NCBI GenBank assembly: GCA_963749915.1
Contig: CAVVOP010000008.1
Span: forward strand, 832,001 to 896,000
Reading direction: 5' to 3'
Source of the DNA: an uncultured cyanobacterium
GTDB lineage: Bacteria; Cyanobacteriota; Cyanobacteriia; Cyanobacteriales; Cyanobacteriaceae
Length of the DNA: 64,000 nucleotides
The translations under genes were made by a program, and so were the position numbers. Positions within the stretch are counted from its first letter, which is position 1. Each line of letters opens with the position of its first letter. Positions 22,993-36,600 of this stretch are shown here, in pieces. Below the pieces are notes generated by a model, which was not told the DNA's origin, ran no database searches, and worked only from the letters and a program-made list of their open reading frames with translations.

Positions 22993-23987
22993 AATTTTTC
23001 TTTACTCACCCTATGCCACGTTTAATAGCGATTTTAACACAGGATTAAGGTTAGTATGTGCCAGTAAGTACAGTAATTAGTTCGGAAATCAGTATTCCTA
23101 TGCTGAAGATTTAGGTAAGAACAGGATAAGGTCGAGTAAAACATAAAAAATATTGAGAGATTTAGCTAAAAATTATAATACTAGTTAATTACCGTGTTAT
23201 CTAACAATTAATCTACTAATTTTAGCTGTTTAAGAAACAAATAAATTTTAGAGAAAATTATTGTTAATATAAATCAATTGAATACTGGATTCTGGATTCT
23301 GAATCCTTTTAAAACAATTATTTGATTCTCACGAATGATTCCTGATTGCTATATTACTTGCAATATAAATATTATGAATATTTAATAAGTATTTACTTTT
23401 ATTTCTATTTAAGTTTAAGCTAAAATCAATTAATCACAATCTAATAGTTTCAAATAGCTAAAAGTCATGGTTGATTTACAAAATATAATTTTGAAGTTTT
23501 TGTAATTACTTTGATAAAATCTTAGAGTTGTGGTCGAACAACTTTAACTCTTAATTGACTAGAAAAAGAAACAGATTATTTTAAAAGTGAATTAGCTAAT
23601 AATATTAAATTAGAGGCGATAAATATTTTTGGATTTAAGATTTCGGACATCGAACAAAGCCAATATCTATGTACTTGAGTGGTAAAACCTCCAATACTGG
23701 TAGAGTTTTGGAAATATGTTCGTCGGCGGTGGTAAGGCAGGAGGCAGTGCTCACAGGTGTAGGTTTTTTACAATGTAACTTAAAAGTGGAGGAGTAAGGA
23801 GTAGGGAGTGGGGAGAGAATTAACGCAAGATTTTCGAGCTCATTTCCTCAATCTTAATACTACTCACTTATTACTTATTACTTATTACTTATTCCTTATT
23901 ACTTATTACTTCCATTGATAGTTGCTATACTTTACCTGAATGTTTGATAATAAGCATGGGAAACAAGATTATATCGCAATCATTATC

Positions 23988-24983
23988 ATGGCAACGGAAA
24001 TAGAATCGCAATTGAAAATATTAGCGGAATCGGCTCAAAAAGCGATCGCAACAACTGATAGTTTGCAGAAGTTAGAGGAATTAAGAGTAAGCTATTTAGG
24101 GAAGAAAGGTCAATTATCCTTAATTTTAAAGGAAATGGGCAAATTGTCCCCTGAAGATCGTCCTCGTATTGGTGCAGTTGCCAATGATATTAAAACAGGA
24201 ATACAAACCCGTTTAACGAATCAACAACAGCAGTTACAACAAAGGGAAATTAACGATCAAATACTGACTGAAACCCTTGATGTCACTATGCCCGGTGTTG
24301 GTCGACCCCTGGGTAAATCTCACCCCTTACAAAGTACCATCGATGGCGTAATAGATATTTTTGTAGGCTTGGGATATACCATCGCTGAAGGTCCACAAAT
24401 TGAGAGCGACTATTATAACTTTACCGCCTTAAATACCCCTGAAGATCATCCGGCTAGGGATATGCAAGATACTTTTTACTTTGAAGATGGAAGTTTATTG
24501 AGGACTCATACATCATCAGTACAAATTAGATACATGGAAAATCATGAACCACCTCTAAGAATTATCGCCCCGGGTAGGGTATATAGAAGAGATACCGTGG
24601 ACGCAACCCACTCCGCAGTATTTCATCAAATCGAAATTTTAGCCATCGATAAGGGTTTAACTTTCTCAGATCTCAAAGGTACAATCAAAGAGTTTTTGCG
24701 TCAAATGTTCGGCGATGATTTACCAACGGTATTCCGTGCGAGTTATTTCCCTTTTACCGAACCGTCAGCAGAAGTTGACGTACAATGGCAAGGAAAATGG
24801 TTAGAAGTGTTAGGCTGTGGCATGGTTGATCCCAATGTTTTAAAAGCTGTAGGATATGACCCAGAGGTTTATAGCGGTTTTGCCGCAGGGTTAGGAGTTG
24901 AGCGTTTTGCCATGATTTTACACAAAATAGACGATATCCGCCGATTGTATAACAGCGATCTCCGTTTTTTACAACAATTTTAA
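23988..24983 (+). CDS. pheS: Phenylalanine-tRNA ligase alpha subunit (probable start 23988)
   Basis: [32 protein letters not shown]. Confidence 0.97.
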   Translation: MATEIESQLKILAESAQKAIATTDSLQKLEELRVSYLGKKGQLSLILKEMGKLSPEDRPRIGAVANDIKTGIQTRLTNQQQQLQQREINDQILTETLDVTMPGVGRPLGKSHPLQSTIDGVIDIFVGLGYTIAEGPQIESDYYNFTALNTPEDHPARDMQDTFYFEDGSLLRTHTSSVQIRYMENHEPPLRIIAPGRVYRRDTVDATHSAVFHQIEILAIDKGLTFSDLKGTIKEFLRQMFGDDLPTVFRASYFPFTEPSAEVDVQWQGKWLEVLGCGMVDPNVLKAVGYDPEVYSGFAAGLGVERFAMILHKIDDIRRLYNSDLRFLQQF

Positions 24984-25031
24984 CAATTAACAAAACAATA
25001 GATTAGGATTAAATATAATTATTTCTGGGGT

Positions 25032-25967
25032 TTGCTTGTGTTTTTCAGCGTTGTTATTCCTACTTATAATCGTTTGCCAATTTTACAAAAATGTCTCCTT
25101 GCTTTGGAGAATCAACAATTTGATCCAGATTTAATTACTGAACATGAAATTGTTGTAGTAGATGATGGATCGACAGATGAAACTATATCATGGCTAACCA
25201 GTGAAAAAGCCCATTTACCCCACGTTAAACTTTTTACCCAAAATCACAAGGGAGCAGCCGCCGCTCGTAATTTAGGCGTAGAGAAAGCCAAAGGAGATTG
25301 GATTATTTTTATTGATAGCGACTTAATCGTAACACGTTCTTTTTTACAAGCCCATAGTCAAGCCTTAGATTCCGCTCAAAAAAGTACTAATAGCGATCGC
25401 ATTTTTACCTATGGTGCGGTAATTAATACCTGTAACTTTGATGATCCCACATCTGAGCCTTATAAAATAACGGATTTTTCCGCTGCTTATTTTGCCACGG
25501 GTAACGTGGCGATCGCCAAAAAATGGTTATTATCGGCAGGATTATTTGACACCATGTTTAGCCAATACGGTTGGGAAGATTTAGAGTTGGGAGTTAGACT
25601 TAAAAAACTAGGCTTAAAATTAATTAAATGTCCTCAAGCAGTCGGCTATCACTGGCATCCACCCTTTAATCTTGAACAAATACCGAAGTTAATTGATCAA
25701 GAAATTCAAAGAGGAAAAATGGGGGTATTATTCTATCAAAAACATCCTAGTTATGAAGTTAAAATGATGATTCAAATGACATGGATACACCGACTACTAT
25801 GGGGCATTTTATCCTTAGGAGGCACGTTGAACGAAAAAACTCTTAAACCCCTTCTCCAATGGCTAATCAATCAAGGAAAACCTCAATTAGCATTAGAAAT
25901 AGCCCGTATTTTTCTTAACTGGTATAACGTCAAAGGAGTTTATGCTGCCTATCAGGAAATTAAGTAA
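25032..25967 (+). CDS. GT2 family glycosyltransferase
   Basis: SVVIPTYN, VVDDGSTD, ARNLG, FIDSD, GWEDLE. Confidence 0.9.
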   Translation: MLVFFSVVIPTYNRLPILQKCLLALENQQFDPDLITEHEIVVVDDGSTDETISWLTSEKAHLPHVKLFTQNHKGAAAARNLGVEKAKGDWIIFIDSDLIVTRSFLQAHSQALDSAQKSTNSDRIFTYGAVINTCNFDDPTSEPYKITDFSAAYFATGNVAIAKKWLLSAGLFDTMFSQYGWEDLELGVRLKKLGLKLIKCPQAVGYHWHPPFNLEQIPKLIDQEIQRGKMGVLFYQKHPSYEVKMMIQMTWIHRLLWGILSLGGTLNEKTLKPLLQWLINQGKPQLALEIARIFLNWYNVKGVYAAYQEIK

Positions 25968-26090
25968 TAATACTGAATTTATGGAAAGATGATAACTAAA
26001 TAAAATTTGTCCATATAATACTTTTAGATTAGAAATAAGAAAAGTAAAATAACGGATTCTTATAAAAAAAAAAATTACGGAGGAAAAATC

Positions 26091-27383
26091 ATGGAAGCGG
26101 TTTTTATTATTATTGGTGGATTTATCGGTGCAGGTATAATGTTTTTTGTAAAACCAAATCAAACAGATAACGCTGTTATCGAAGAGGAAAGACAAAAGGC
26201 GTTAAATCAAGCAGAAAAAGATTTCGAAATTCGTAAACAAGAATTAATTGCATCTCTAAGCCAGCAATATCAGGCTGAGGCTAATCAGAAAATTGCTGAC
26301 ACGGAGAAAGAATTTGAAGCACAAATTCAAAACTATCAAAATCAAATCACCGAATTAGAGACAACTATTAGTAACTCGCCCCCTATCGAAGATCAAAGTG
26401 TTGAGTTACGAAATACCATTTTAGAATTACAAGCTAGAATCAGTGAATTAGAGGCGGGAGTTGCAACTTCTGAATCAGATGATAGTGTTAGGGTAGCAGA
26501 ATTAGAGCAACAACTCCAACAACAGGCACAAGAATTTGCAGATAGACAAGCCGAACTGCAAGAATCTTTCCAAATTCAAATCGAACAATTACAATCTGGT
26601 CATCAAGAGGAAATTCAAGATTATCAAATCCAAATCGACAATTTAAGAAATAGTTTTGCCAATATTGCTACTCCAGTGGAAGAAAGCACTAATGTGGTTG
26701 AAGAATATCCAGTTGAAGAAACTAATTATTCTGAGAATACTGTTGATGAAATTTCAGCGTCACCCGAAGAAGAAATTACTCCATCTGCAGAAGAAACTTT
26801 TGATACTTTTGATACTGGGTCAGATTTATCTCCAGAGAATGAATTAGAAGAAATTGCTACCTCGGAAGAAGATTTTAACCTCGATGCTTTTTCTGAATCT
26901 GCTTCTGCTTCTGTGGAATCTGATGTAGAAATATTTAGCGAAGGTTTAGATTTATCTCCAGAGAATGAATTAGAAGAAATTACTACCTCGGAAGAAGATT
27001 TTAACCTCGATGCTTTTTCTGAATCCGCTTCTGGTTCTGTAGAATCTGATGTGGAAATATTCAGCGAAGGTTTAGATTTATCCCCAGAGAATGAATTAGA
27101 AGAAATTGCTACCTCGGAAGAAGATTTTAATTTCGATGCTTTTTCTGAATCTGCTTCTGGTTCTGTAGAATCTGATGTGGAAATATTTAGAGACAATTTG
27201 GATTTATCTACGGAATATGACTTTAATCTCGACTTAGAGTTATCTGAGATTTCTGATGATGAGAATGACTTAGATTTATTTGCTTTAGTTGATGACGACA
27301 ATTCTGTTTCTTCTGATGAACATAGCAATGACGATTTCGATTTCGATGCTTTATTGGACGACGAATCTGAGAATAAATCATAG
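26091..27383 (+). CDS. Membrane-anchored coiled-coil protein with acidic 42-aa tandem repeats
   Basis: N-terminal TM helix, Q/E-rich coiled coil, three 126-bp repeats starting at 26822, 26948 and 27074. Confidence 0.75.
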   Translation: MEAVFIIIGGFIGAGIMFFVKPNQTDNAVIEEERQKALNQAEKDFEIRKQELIASLSQQYQAEANQKIADTEKEFEAQIQNYQNQITELETTISNSPPIEDQSVELRNTILELQARISELEAGVATSESDDSVRVAELEQQLQQQAQEFADRQAELQESFQIQIEQLQSGHQEEIQDYQIQIDNLRNSFANIATPVEESTNVVEEYPVEETNYSENTVDEISASPEEEITPSAEETFDTFDTGSDLSPENELEEIATSEEDFNLDAFSESASASVESDVEIFSEGLDLSPENELEEITTSEEDFNLDAFSESASGSVESDVEIFSEGLDLSPENELEEIATSEEDFNFDAFSESASGSVESDVEIFRDNLDLSTEYDFNLDLELSEISDDENDLDLFALVDDDNSVSSDEHSNDDFDFDALLDDESENKS

Positions 27384-27405
27384 ATGAATCACAGGAAATT
27401 AGATA

Positions 27406-27492
27406 AGCTAAGACGCACTTATTTCGCAATGCTTAACCTCTTACAGCAAGGAGCTCATAGCTTTAAAAAGCAAGGTTAAATGCGTCTTAGCT
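27406..27492. mobile_element. 87-bp MITE-like element
   Basis: Perfect 12-bp inverted termini AGCTAAGACGCA / TGCGTCTTAGCT. Confidence 0.65.
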
Positions 27493-27737
27493 GAAGGGGT
27501 GATTAGCTGTTAAATTTTAAATATTTGCTGTTATTGATCATCGATTTTCATGGCAATAATTCATTAGCTGATAAGATTGATGTCATAAATCAAAGTAAAA
27601 AGTAAAAAGTAATAAGTAATAAGTAATAAGTTAGTAATATATAACTTCAGATTTTGAGTCCAAAATTTTACTCTTAACAACTCCCGTTGCTGGAATTTGT
27701 ATTAATGTTCATATCGGGGTTACAATTTAGAAATACA

Positions 27738-28082
27738 TTACCTAAATTTAACCTTATTATGAAGCCAATTAGTAACCTTACTTGGTAAATTTTTTTTCAC
27801 CCATTGCCATGCAATAATTTTCACTAAAGGTTTAGGAGTACGGGCGATAAATTTAGCTAATTTATTCATCAATCGGTTAGGAATTTTTTTGTTTATTATA
27901 TTGATAATTCCTATATCATAAAGACAATCAATTATCAGCTTAATGGTCACTTCTTCTTGTAAAGCTAAATTTTCTAAGAGTAAATAAACATCTCTTAATC
28001 TTTCCTGTTGGAAACGCTTCTCTTCTGGCGTTAATTCTTGTAAAGCCACTATTTTCACTGTTTCTTTTTGACGACTCAGCAT
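27738..28082 (-). CDS. Hypothetical protein
   Basis: Intact 114-aa ORF filling the gap downstream of secA. Confidence 0.6.
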   Translation of the reverse strand: MLSRQKETVKIVALQELTPEEKRFQQERLRDVYLLLENLALQEEVTIKLIIDCLYDIGIINIINKKIPNRLMNKLAKFIARTPKPLVKIIAWQWVKKNLPSKVTNWLHNKVKFR

Positions 28083-28298
28083 CAGAATAATAATTGATAA
28101 TTAGCAGTTGATAATTGATACTTCACAGTTGATAATTGATACTTCACAGTTGATAATTAGGGAAGATAAAAGGCAAGAATAAATATTTTTCTTCTCGCCT
28201 TCTTGTCTACTTTCCCTCCTTGTCCACCTTGTCTCGTCTTAACGAGTTCGTAAAAAACCTACCCTTGTAAGGTGAGTCCCTCTCCCTGTTGCCTTTCC

Positions 28299-31118
28299 CT
28301 AAACTGTTTGGGGTTGTGCTTGGGGTTGAAATTGGAATAGAGAATAAACCACATTTCGGCGAATGTCAATCATCATCTCTAAAAACATTTCGTAACCTTC
28401 TTGTTTATATTCGATTAAAGGATCTTTTTGTCCATAACCCCTCAAACCAACAGATTCTCGTAAGCCGTCCATTGCTTGTAAATGTTCACGCCACAGGGTA
28501 TCAATTTGTTGGAGGATGAAGAATCTTTCCGCTTGACGCATTAACCCTGGTTGTAATTGTTCAATTTGATACTCTTTCAAATCATAGGCTTTGTGTACTT
28601 CTTCATGGAGAAAAGTCTTCATCTGAGTAACCGTCATGTCTTCTAAGTCTTTGACGGTTATATCTTCGAGTAAGTAAATAAACTCTTTGGCTTTGTTGAC
28701 TAATCCTTCTAAATTCCACTCGTCTGGGGGTAATTCGGGGTTGACGTAAGCATCGACAATTTCATCTGTGGTTTTAGTGGCATATTGAAGTACTTGTTCC
28801 TTCAATTCACGCCCTTCTAAGACTCGACGACGTTCAGCATATATGGCACGACGTTGGTTATTCATTACCTCATCATACTCGAATACACTCTTACGAGCAT
28901 CATAGTAGAAGGTTTCTACTTTTTTCTGAGCACCTTCTAATGAGCGAGTTAACATCCCTGATTCGATGGGCATATCTTCTTCCACTCGAAAGGCATTCAT
29001 TAAACCAGCCACTCTATCACCGCCGAAAATTCGCAATAAATTGTCTTCTAAACTTAAAAAGAAACGTGTTGAGCCTGGATCACCTTGTCTTCCTGCTCTA
29101 CCTCTTAATTGGTTGTCTATACGTCTTGATTCGTGTCTTTCTGTCCCGATGACGTGTAAACCTCCTTTCTCGACGACTAACTTATGTTCTTCATCTGTAA
29201 GCTTGTCGTATTCTTGGCGAATGGATTTATAAACCTTTCTCAAGGCTTGAATTACAGGATCCTCCGTAGGGGCTTTTTCGGCTGCGATGGCAATTTTTTC
29301 TTCAGCGTCTAACTCCGATAAACTTTGTTGACCATAGATTTCAACGGCAAGTTTCACCGCATCCTTAAGTTTAGTTTCCGTTTCGGAAGACAACTCACAG
29401 GGGAAAATATCCGAAGAAGGCTTCCAATTTTTCACCTTTTTACCGTCACCGTTGCCGCCGAAACCTTGCCCTTTAGAACGTTTATTCACGTCAATTCCAG
29501 GCACACTTACCATAAATTGATCATCTTCAGGGGTGACAATTTGGGGCATAAAATACTCGCGAATTTTTAACCTTGCCATATAGTCAGAGTTACCACCGAG
29601 GATAATATCTGTACCACGCCCTGCCATATTAGTAGCGATGGTAATTGCACTTTTTCTTCCAGCTTGAGCGACAATTTCTGATTCTCTTTCCACGTTTTCC
29701 GGACGCGCATTGAGGATATTATGGGGAATTTCTCTTTCTACTAACAATTTGGCCAATAATTCTGATTTTTCGACGCTAGTAGTACCAATTAGTACAGGCC
29801 TGCCAGATTCATGCATTTCTGTGCATTCTTCCGCAACGGCTTTCCACTTGGCAATCTCATTTTTATACACCACGTCGGGCAAATCCACACGACCAGAGGG
29901 ACGATTAGTAGGGACGATAGTTACCTCTAATTTATACACTTTCTCAAATTCTGTCTCCTCCGTTTTGGCAGTACCCGTCATGCCCGATAATTTAGGATAG
30001 AGTAAGAAGAAGTTTTGATAAGTAATACTGGCCAAAGTTTGAGTTTCCTTTTGAATTTCTACCCCTTCTTTGGCCTCAATAGCTTGATGTAAACCATCAC
30101 TCCACCTTCTACCAGCCAAAACCCTTCCCGTAAACTCATCGACGATAACGACTTCATTATTTCGCACAATATAGTTAACATCGGCAGTAAATAATTCTTT
30201 GGCTTTAATAGCGTTAAATATATAATGAGCCCAAGGATTTTCTTGATCATATAGATCTTTAACTCCTAACAATTCCTCCGCCTTGGCGAAACCCTCATCG
30301 GTTAACAAGACATTACGGGCTTTCTCGTCCACTTCATAATCTCCTCCGTCACCCTCCTGTATTTGTTTCGTGAGTAACTGAGCGATTCTGGCCGCTTCCA
30401 TGTATTTCTCCATCGGACGCTCAACTTGTCCAGATATAATTAACGGGGTACGTGCCTCATCCACTAAAATAGAGTCAACCTCATCAATGATAGAATAATT
30501 CGGCACTCTTTGCACCACCTCAGCAATGTCGGTAGCCATATTGTCCCGTAGATAGTCAAAACCCAATTCGCTATTGGTGGCGTAGGTAATATCAGCATTG
30601 TAGTTTTTCTGCCTTTCGGAGGATGTCATACCACTTTGAATCAGGCCGACACTCAAACCTAAAAAGCGGTGAATTTGCCCCATCCATTCCGCATCCCTAC
30701 GGGCGAGGTAATCGTTAACGGTGACAATATGAACACCTTTTCCCGTTAAACCGTTAAGGTAGGCGGGTAGAGTCGCCACTAGGGTTTTACCTTCACCTGT
30801 TTTCATCTCTGCAATTTGCCCTGTGTGTAAGACAACTCCCCCCAACATTTGCACATCATAATGACGCATTCCTAAAACTCTTATTCCCGCTTCTCTGACC
30901 AAAGCGAAGGCTTCCACCAAAATTTCATCTAAGAGGATATCTCTTTCTTCCTGATTTTTGGCCTTGGCTAACATTTCCTTAAAAGAAGAGGTTTTCGCCC
31001 TCATTTCGTCGTCGGTAAGTTTTTTAAAGTCTTCTTCTAATAAGTTAATTTCTGTAACTAGAGGGTGTAGTTTTTTAAGTTTACGAGCGTTAGGATCTCC
31101 GAATAGCTTTTTAAACAT
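28299..31118 (-). CDS. secA: Preprotein translocase ATPase SecA
   Basis: [45 protein letters not shown]. Confidence 0.98.
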   Translation of the reverse strand: MFKKLFGDPNARKLKKLHPLVTEINLLEEDFKKLTDDEMRAKTSSFKEMLAKAKNQEERDILLDEILVEAFALVREAGIRVLGMRHYDVQMLGGVVLHTGQIAEMKTGEGKTLVATLPAYLNGLTGKGVHIVTVNDYLARRDAEWMGQIHRFLGLSVGLIQSGMTSSERQKNYNADITYATNSELGFDYLRDNMATDIAEVVQRVPNYSIIDEVDSILVDEARTPLIISGQVERPMEKYMEAARIAQLLTKQIQEGDGGDYEVDEKARNVLLTDEGFAKAEELLGVKDLYDQENPWAHYIFNAIKAKELFTADVNYIVRNNEVVIVDEFTGRVLAGRRWSDGLHQAIEAKEGVEIQKETQTLASITYQNFFLLYPKLSGMTGTAKTEETEFEKVYKLEVTIVPTNRPSGRVDLPDVVYKNEIAKWKAVAEECTEMHESGRPVLIGTTSVEKSELLAKLLVEREIPHNILNARPENVERESEIVAQAGRKSAITIATNMAGRGTDIILGGNSDYMARLKIREYFMPQIVTPEDDQFMVSVPGIDVNKRSKGQGFGGNGDGKKVKNWKPSSDIFPCELSSETETKLKDAVKLAVEIYGQQSLSELDAEEKIAIAAEKAPTEDPVIQALRKVYKSIRQEYDKLTDEEHKLVVEKGGLHVIGTERHESRRIDNQLRGRAGRQGDPGSTRFFLSLEDNLLRIFGGDRVAGLMNAFRVEEDMPIESGMLTRSLEGAQKKVETFYYDARKSVFEYDEVMNNQRRAIYAERRRVLEGRELKEQVLQYATKTTDEIVDAYVNPELPPDEWNLEGLVNKAKEFIYLLEDITVKDLEDMTVTQMKTFLHEEVHKAYDLKEYQIEQLQPGLMRQAERFFILQQIDTLWREHLQAMDGLRESVGLRGYGQKDPLIEYKQEGYEMFLEMMIDIRRNVVYSLFQFQPQAQPQTV

Positions 31119-31363
31119 ACTTCGTTTTTATAATTTCTTTAAATATATCGATTAATCTCTCATCATATCATTTATAGCAATGGACAATGGACAATTGATG
31201 ATTGACAATTAATTTTTTATTTACATCCTACATGGTCTTAAATATCTAGCCTGAACGGTAGCGAATATCAGTAGTATTACTGTTGTATCTATGCTAATTA
31301 AATGTAGTCCGCTCAAATGTCAGAAACTGGAAAAAACATTGTTCATCTTACACGGCATTATTG

Positions 31364-32194
31364 TTATAAATAAACTAAATTTTCAGGTAATTCCGACAAC
31401 TTAAAAAGACTATCTTCCTGAATAATAATATCCCGAAAAAGTTTCTTAGTTTGAGAAGGTAAAATTAACACTTTCTCTGATTTGACCACCGAATTTTTAA
31501 ACCCTCCTAAATCTTGATTAGTTTCTACATAACTCACCAGACGACGAAACAATTTAGGTAAAATAATGACGTTTTTTTCTTCATCAAATAAATCCCAAAC
31601 ATGAAAACCTTTATTCGTATAATCAAATTCCCAGACCCCCTTATTTTGTTTCCTTGCATGATTAACCCCCACCGTCATTTCTCTTCTTAAAGTAGGGGCT
31701 AAACCACGATAATAAGTGGGGTAAGATTCTCCGTGTAAGAGACTTTGATAATTAACTGATTGGACAAATAACTCTATAGGTAAAAAGAAAATATCCCCAT
31801 CTTTAACATCAATTTTCCCCTTAAACACAAAACCTAAAGGACGACCATGTTGGTCGGTTTTTTTTGCCAGAATAAAACCTTCAATATTATCTTGTGCTTC
31901 GATGATTAAATTTTCTTCTTCATGCCATTTTACTCCATCAATTTCTAGGTATTTTAATAAAAAATCAGCCGCACTCAATGCCCATTTAGTACTCTGTTGA
32001 CACTGACGAAAATGAGTTTCTAAACTATCAATACCAATCAGGCGAATTTGTACATGATTATACTCGTTTAATTGTGGAGAAATACCAATTAATTTTGACC
32101 AATTTTCAGGATTATCGGCTTTGAAACGAATTGAATCACCATCAGGAGAATAGCCGACAACATGAAATGTGCCCTTGATTAATGTAAAAGACAT
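31364..32194 (-). CDS. Thermonuclease (SNase)-like protein
   Basis: DGDSIRF, IRLIGIDSLE, DQHGRPLG, A..NKGVW. Confidence 0.7.
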   Translation of the reverse strand: MSFTLIKGTFHVVGYSPDGDSIRFKADNPENWSKLIGISPQLNEYNHVQIRLIGIDSLETHFRQCQQSTKWALSAADFLLKYLEIDGVKWHEEENLIIEAQDNIEGFILAKKTDQHGRPLGFVFKGKIDVKDGDIFFLPIELFVQSVNYQSLLHGESYPTYYRGLAPTLRREMTVGVNHARKQNKGVWEFDYTNKGFHVWDLFDEEKNVIILPKLFRRLVSYVETNQDLGGFKNSVVKSEKVLILPSQTKKLFRDIIIQEDSLFKLSELPENLVYL

Positions 32195-32514
32195 GATATT
32201 GATAATTGACAGTTAATAATTAACAGTAGACAGTTGCTTGCCGTTACTAACTATAGTAAATGGTTACGATCTTTTCTCTTATTTTAGGATGAAGTTCGGA
32301 AGCGTGCCAAAAAGGTTACTGTGAGGGTAATTTAGAATTTAGAATTTAGAATTAAAATTTCACCGAATTTATTCCCTTCTGTCTCCCCTCTTGGGGCGCT
32401 ACCAAGTGCGTCTTTCGCCGAAGACGATGAAAAGCAATGGGGGCAAGCTGTTGATATTGTAGAGAAAACAGATCAGTTTTTCTTAAATGTGGTCGATGTC
32501 TAATAATTAAATCC

Positions 32515-33357
32515 TCATTCCTTATCCATAACGGCGGTAAATTTTAATAAAGGTGTCATGTTCTCATGATTGAGAGTTAAAACATTATCCTTCATAGCAT
32601 AGTTATCAACTTGCTGCAAGGTTTCCATAAAAGTAGTTTCCATTTCCATATTTTCACAAGCCATCATCGTCGAAGCCATTTGCTCAAATTTAATTTTATT
32701 ACCCTCTTTCATCTCAAAGCCACCCATAAAATTATTACAGCCAGCAAAGCCATTTACTTTATTATTTTCAGGGTCAAAAGTAATAAAAATTGCCTTTGTT
32801 TGAGTGTCGGTTTTCGCCACAGGTTCACCCATCATTTCCACTAATTCCCACCTAGTATTTCCCATTGTTGCTTCCATGTCACTAATTTTACTCAGCACAT
32901 ATTTATCAGCTAAATCTCCAGCAACCCTATTACCTGACATATCCAATTGAATCAAGGTATTTTCGCCGACAAGAAACTGATTTGGGGCCTCTTTAATGCC
33001 ATCCAAAGTGATAGTATTTTCTGCCTCATTCCATTTAAAAGTGCCTTTTACCTCAAATACCTCATCACTTTTACCTAAATATTGGGTGAACAAGACAAAA
33101 GAAAGATCTTCATTGAGAATAAGAGTAGTTTTAATTCCTTCACAACTAGCACAAGGAACAACACCTTGATAAGTACCATTCCAATCTAAAGAATTAGCAC
33201 TAGTATCGCCGACACTTTCCACCATTGTAGGCTGATCTGACTCCATTTTCATATCAGCATCAGCCTGAGATGGCTGGATATAACTACTCAAGGATAATGA
33301 GCTTAATAGTGCTAGAGAAATAATTAGGGATTGATTTTTCATGATGTTTGTTAACAA
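32515..33357 (-). CDS. NlpE N-terminal plus META domain secreted protein
   Basis: Signal peptide, SLDWNGTYQGVVPCASCEGI, GFAGCNNFMG..STMMAC. Confidence 0.85.
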   Translation of the reverse strand: MLTNIMKNQSLIISLALLSSLSLSSYIQPSQADADMKMESDQPTMVESVGDTSANSLDWNGTYQGVVPCASCEGIKTTLILNEDLSFVLFTQYLGKSDEVFEVKGTFKWNEAENTITLDGIKEAPNQFLVGENTLIQLDMSGNRVAGDLADKYVLSKISDMEATMGNTRWELVEMMGEPVAKTDTQTKAIFITFDPENNKVNGFAGCNNFMGGFEMKEGNKIKFEQMASTMMACENMEMETTFMETLQQVDNYAMKDNVLTLNHENMTPLLKFTAVMDKE

Positions 33358-33606
33358 TTAGACCTGTAATTTTACCAAAGTTATATCAATGACGTTTTTT
33401 TTGTTTACAAAAGTTCCCCATTTCTACCTCTAAATTATCTCGCAATTATCCAACGCCTTCGATTTTCCCTCGCATGTTAGCATTAAATTAAATACACATT
33501 AAAATCCCTTAAAAATTTTTTTTGTCCTGTACTCAGAAGGGCATGGTCTGTTATGTCCCTACTTGCCTATCTATTGTGCAACTTCTGAAACAAATATATT
33601 CTATTC

Positions 33607-36600
33607 CTAAAACCGCATTTGATAACGCACCTTAAATTCACCATAAATATAATCATAGGAAACTGTGACATTAGAATTATCTTTTATCTCATAAACCCCC
33701 TCAACTAACGGGAAAAGCCGTAAATCTTTCATTCCTACTGGTTTACCCCAAGTACTGACTTTTTCATTTACCCCAAAACTGATATTATTAGCTAAAGGCA
33801 CTAAGATAAATTGTATCAGACCATTTTCAAATAATTCCTCACCGCTTAACTGCTGTAATTGAGTCGCTAAGTTTAACAACTGTCCCCCCACAATTAAGTT
33901 AATTAACTCCCCTTCAGTGCGGTTAGGACTACTACTTAAAGACACTAATGGCGAGTTTAACAGATTCAAATTTGTACCTTGTTGATTAGTTAAAACTGCT
34001 AAATTGATACATTGCGATACTTTGCTTAATTGTGAGGGTGATAGTTGAATATTCTCAGCAATAGGAGTAGAAGACGGCACACGACACACACCATAACCAT
34101 CATCCGATAAAACCGGGAATAGTTGAGCTAACCTTCCATAAATTCTTAACACAACCTCTATATTTTCAGCTCTCCCACCCCTTATAATCGGATCTGATAC
34201 TTCATTTCTCTGAATATTGGGTAATTGTCTTGAATAATCGGCAATGTCAGCTTGTAATTCTATATCAATATTGGGATTAAGAATGCTTTCTTCTGGTCTG
34301 AATGTTATTATATTCTCATTAGTACGAGATAAAAAGAATGTAGTCTGTCCTATAGACGAAACAGATGTTAAACTTGTCAGTGGGCTAGCACCGCCCAAAT
34401 AAATTCGCCCTCTACGGACGTTTATTGCCCCTTCAGCCTTAAGATTTTGCCAATCAAATACACTCCCATTAAGGGTAAGTTCACCCCCAAATAAAAACCG
34501 ATAAAGTCGCCGTTGACTCGCTTCTGTATTATCTAGTTTGAGAGTAAAATTGTTTAATTGTGGCTGGAAGAAACGGGAATTTGAGGCGGAGGTATCTCCA
34601 AACCAATTCTGCCATAGCTGTTTATTTTCTGGTTCTGTGATGATTGTTTCGGCTTCGGGAAGGGTATTGTTAACTATTTTTGAGAAAATATCTTTGACTG
34701 CTTTGGGAAGGTTTGTTTCAAAAAGGGTAAAGTTCCCATTATTTAAACTTACATAACCGGCGATTCTAGGCTCTAATACTGTACCATCGATTGTTATATC
34801 TGCATCGACTTTTCCTGAGTAAATATTTTTCACTTGTAAGGCTTGATTAGGAATATTTAATGTGAGGAGATTTTCGTTACCTTTTAATGGTTTAATTAAT
34901 GGTAAAATTCCTGATATATTAACATCAGTATCATTAATTTTAGCCTGTAAATTAGTTACATCGATGGCTTGTTTTTCTTTTAATAAGTTTATAGTACCCG
35001 AGAGATTCAAGGGAGTATTTAAAGCAATACTATTAATTCTTGCCCTTTCAAAATTTATATTTCCCCCTAGGGCTATTTGCTCTAAATTAAATTTATTAAA
35101 TAACTGTGATAATGATGCTATTGTTATAGTTAAATCAGTAGATATATTTCCTTGAGTTAGTTGCAGTTGTCCCTTAGTAAGTAGCTCCAAAAATCTTATA
35201 TTTTCGGTGTTTAATTGTACATTAATTATTGCCGGTTTATCCGTTAAAACTAAAGGATGATAAGGTAAAGAGGCGTTAAGTTTAATATTTTTATTGTCGA
35301 TAGTGGCTATATCTAATTGATAATCTTTATAGGCAAAATTAGTATCTATTTTATCCTCAATAATTGATCCATCTATGGAGGTATTATTTAAACTTAACTT
35401 CCCTTTTATTTCAGGATTAAGTAAATTTCCTTCCAATTTCCCTTCCAAATCAATTAAACTTTCAACATCGAAAGGTAAAGGGAAAAAAGCTGTAATATAA
35501 TCTAGGGAAAAGTCTTTTATTTTAAAATTACTTTCTTGACTTTTTGGTGACAAATTTCCAGCGAATAAAATTTCACTATTCCCAATATTTAAACGAAAAG
35601 GTTTTACCGTTAAATTATCATTGTTAAAGTTAGCGTTGACGAAGATTTTTTGAATAGGAATTGTTTGACTTTCTTGGATAATTAAACCTAACCCATCGAC
35701 AATATTCGGGAAGCGTTGTTGGGGTAGCCATTGCCATTGATTGCCCTCAAAGTTAACGTCAATCTCCGGCTGAGTTAGTTTCCCGCTGAGAAGAATCTCC
35801 CCTTGATAGCCACCAGTTATCTCTAAATTGTTAGGCATTGTACCAGATTCTATCTGTTTTGCGATCCCACGGATCTGTTGATCTATACTGGAGAGTAAAT
35901 TTACTTTGGTTTTAAGAGAATCGTCTTCCTTGCCAACAGATTGCGGAGGAATGGAGGAAGCGGCGGCGAAGAAATCTTGATTTTGGAATTGTTTTACTAA
36001 ACCCGTTAGGGTAGCGACATCGGTTATTTTCAACGTGTTAAAAATGTCTTCCACGTTGCCTTGTAAGTTAACTTTACCGTCAATATTTTGCGTCGCTAAG
36101 TTTATTTTTCCTTGGAAATCATAGATAGTATCACCAAATTTTAGTCGCCCGTTATTTAATTGTGCAATGTCATTTTGGTAGTTAAAATTCGTGGTGAATT
36201 GTTTGCCGATAATATTCCCAATGCCGAGATTGTCTAACTTTAAGTCACCTTTGGCGGTTAAGTCAGTTAAATTAATAGTAAAATTTGTCGTCAAGTTTCC
36301 CTGAATTTTACCGTCTATACCATAATTAATGACTGGTTGGATTTGTAGATTTTCTAAGGGGAAATTATTAACGGAAGCAATAAACTGGTTATCTTCTCGT
36401 CTTCCTTGAAAGTTGAAAGGAAAGTTACCGGTTTTATTAATTTCCAAACTATTAGGTGTAAAGGGAATAGTTAAATTAACAGAGGGAATTGATAAGGTTT
36501 TTTTTAGGAAATTGGCAGCGATAATATCTTCTTTGCCTCGTAAATCTAAGACAATTTTTTCACTGGGATTAATAATAACTTTTCCCGTCAAAGAAGATTC

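Noticed and set aside
22993..23987. Long AT-rich clpC-pheS intergenic region as a hidden gene or riboswitch
   Set aside because: No convincing ORF or recognisable RNA motif; only heptamer repeats and the dispersed motif
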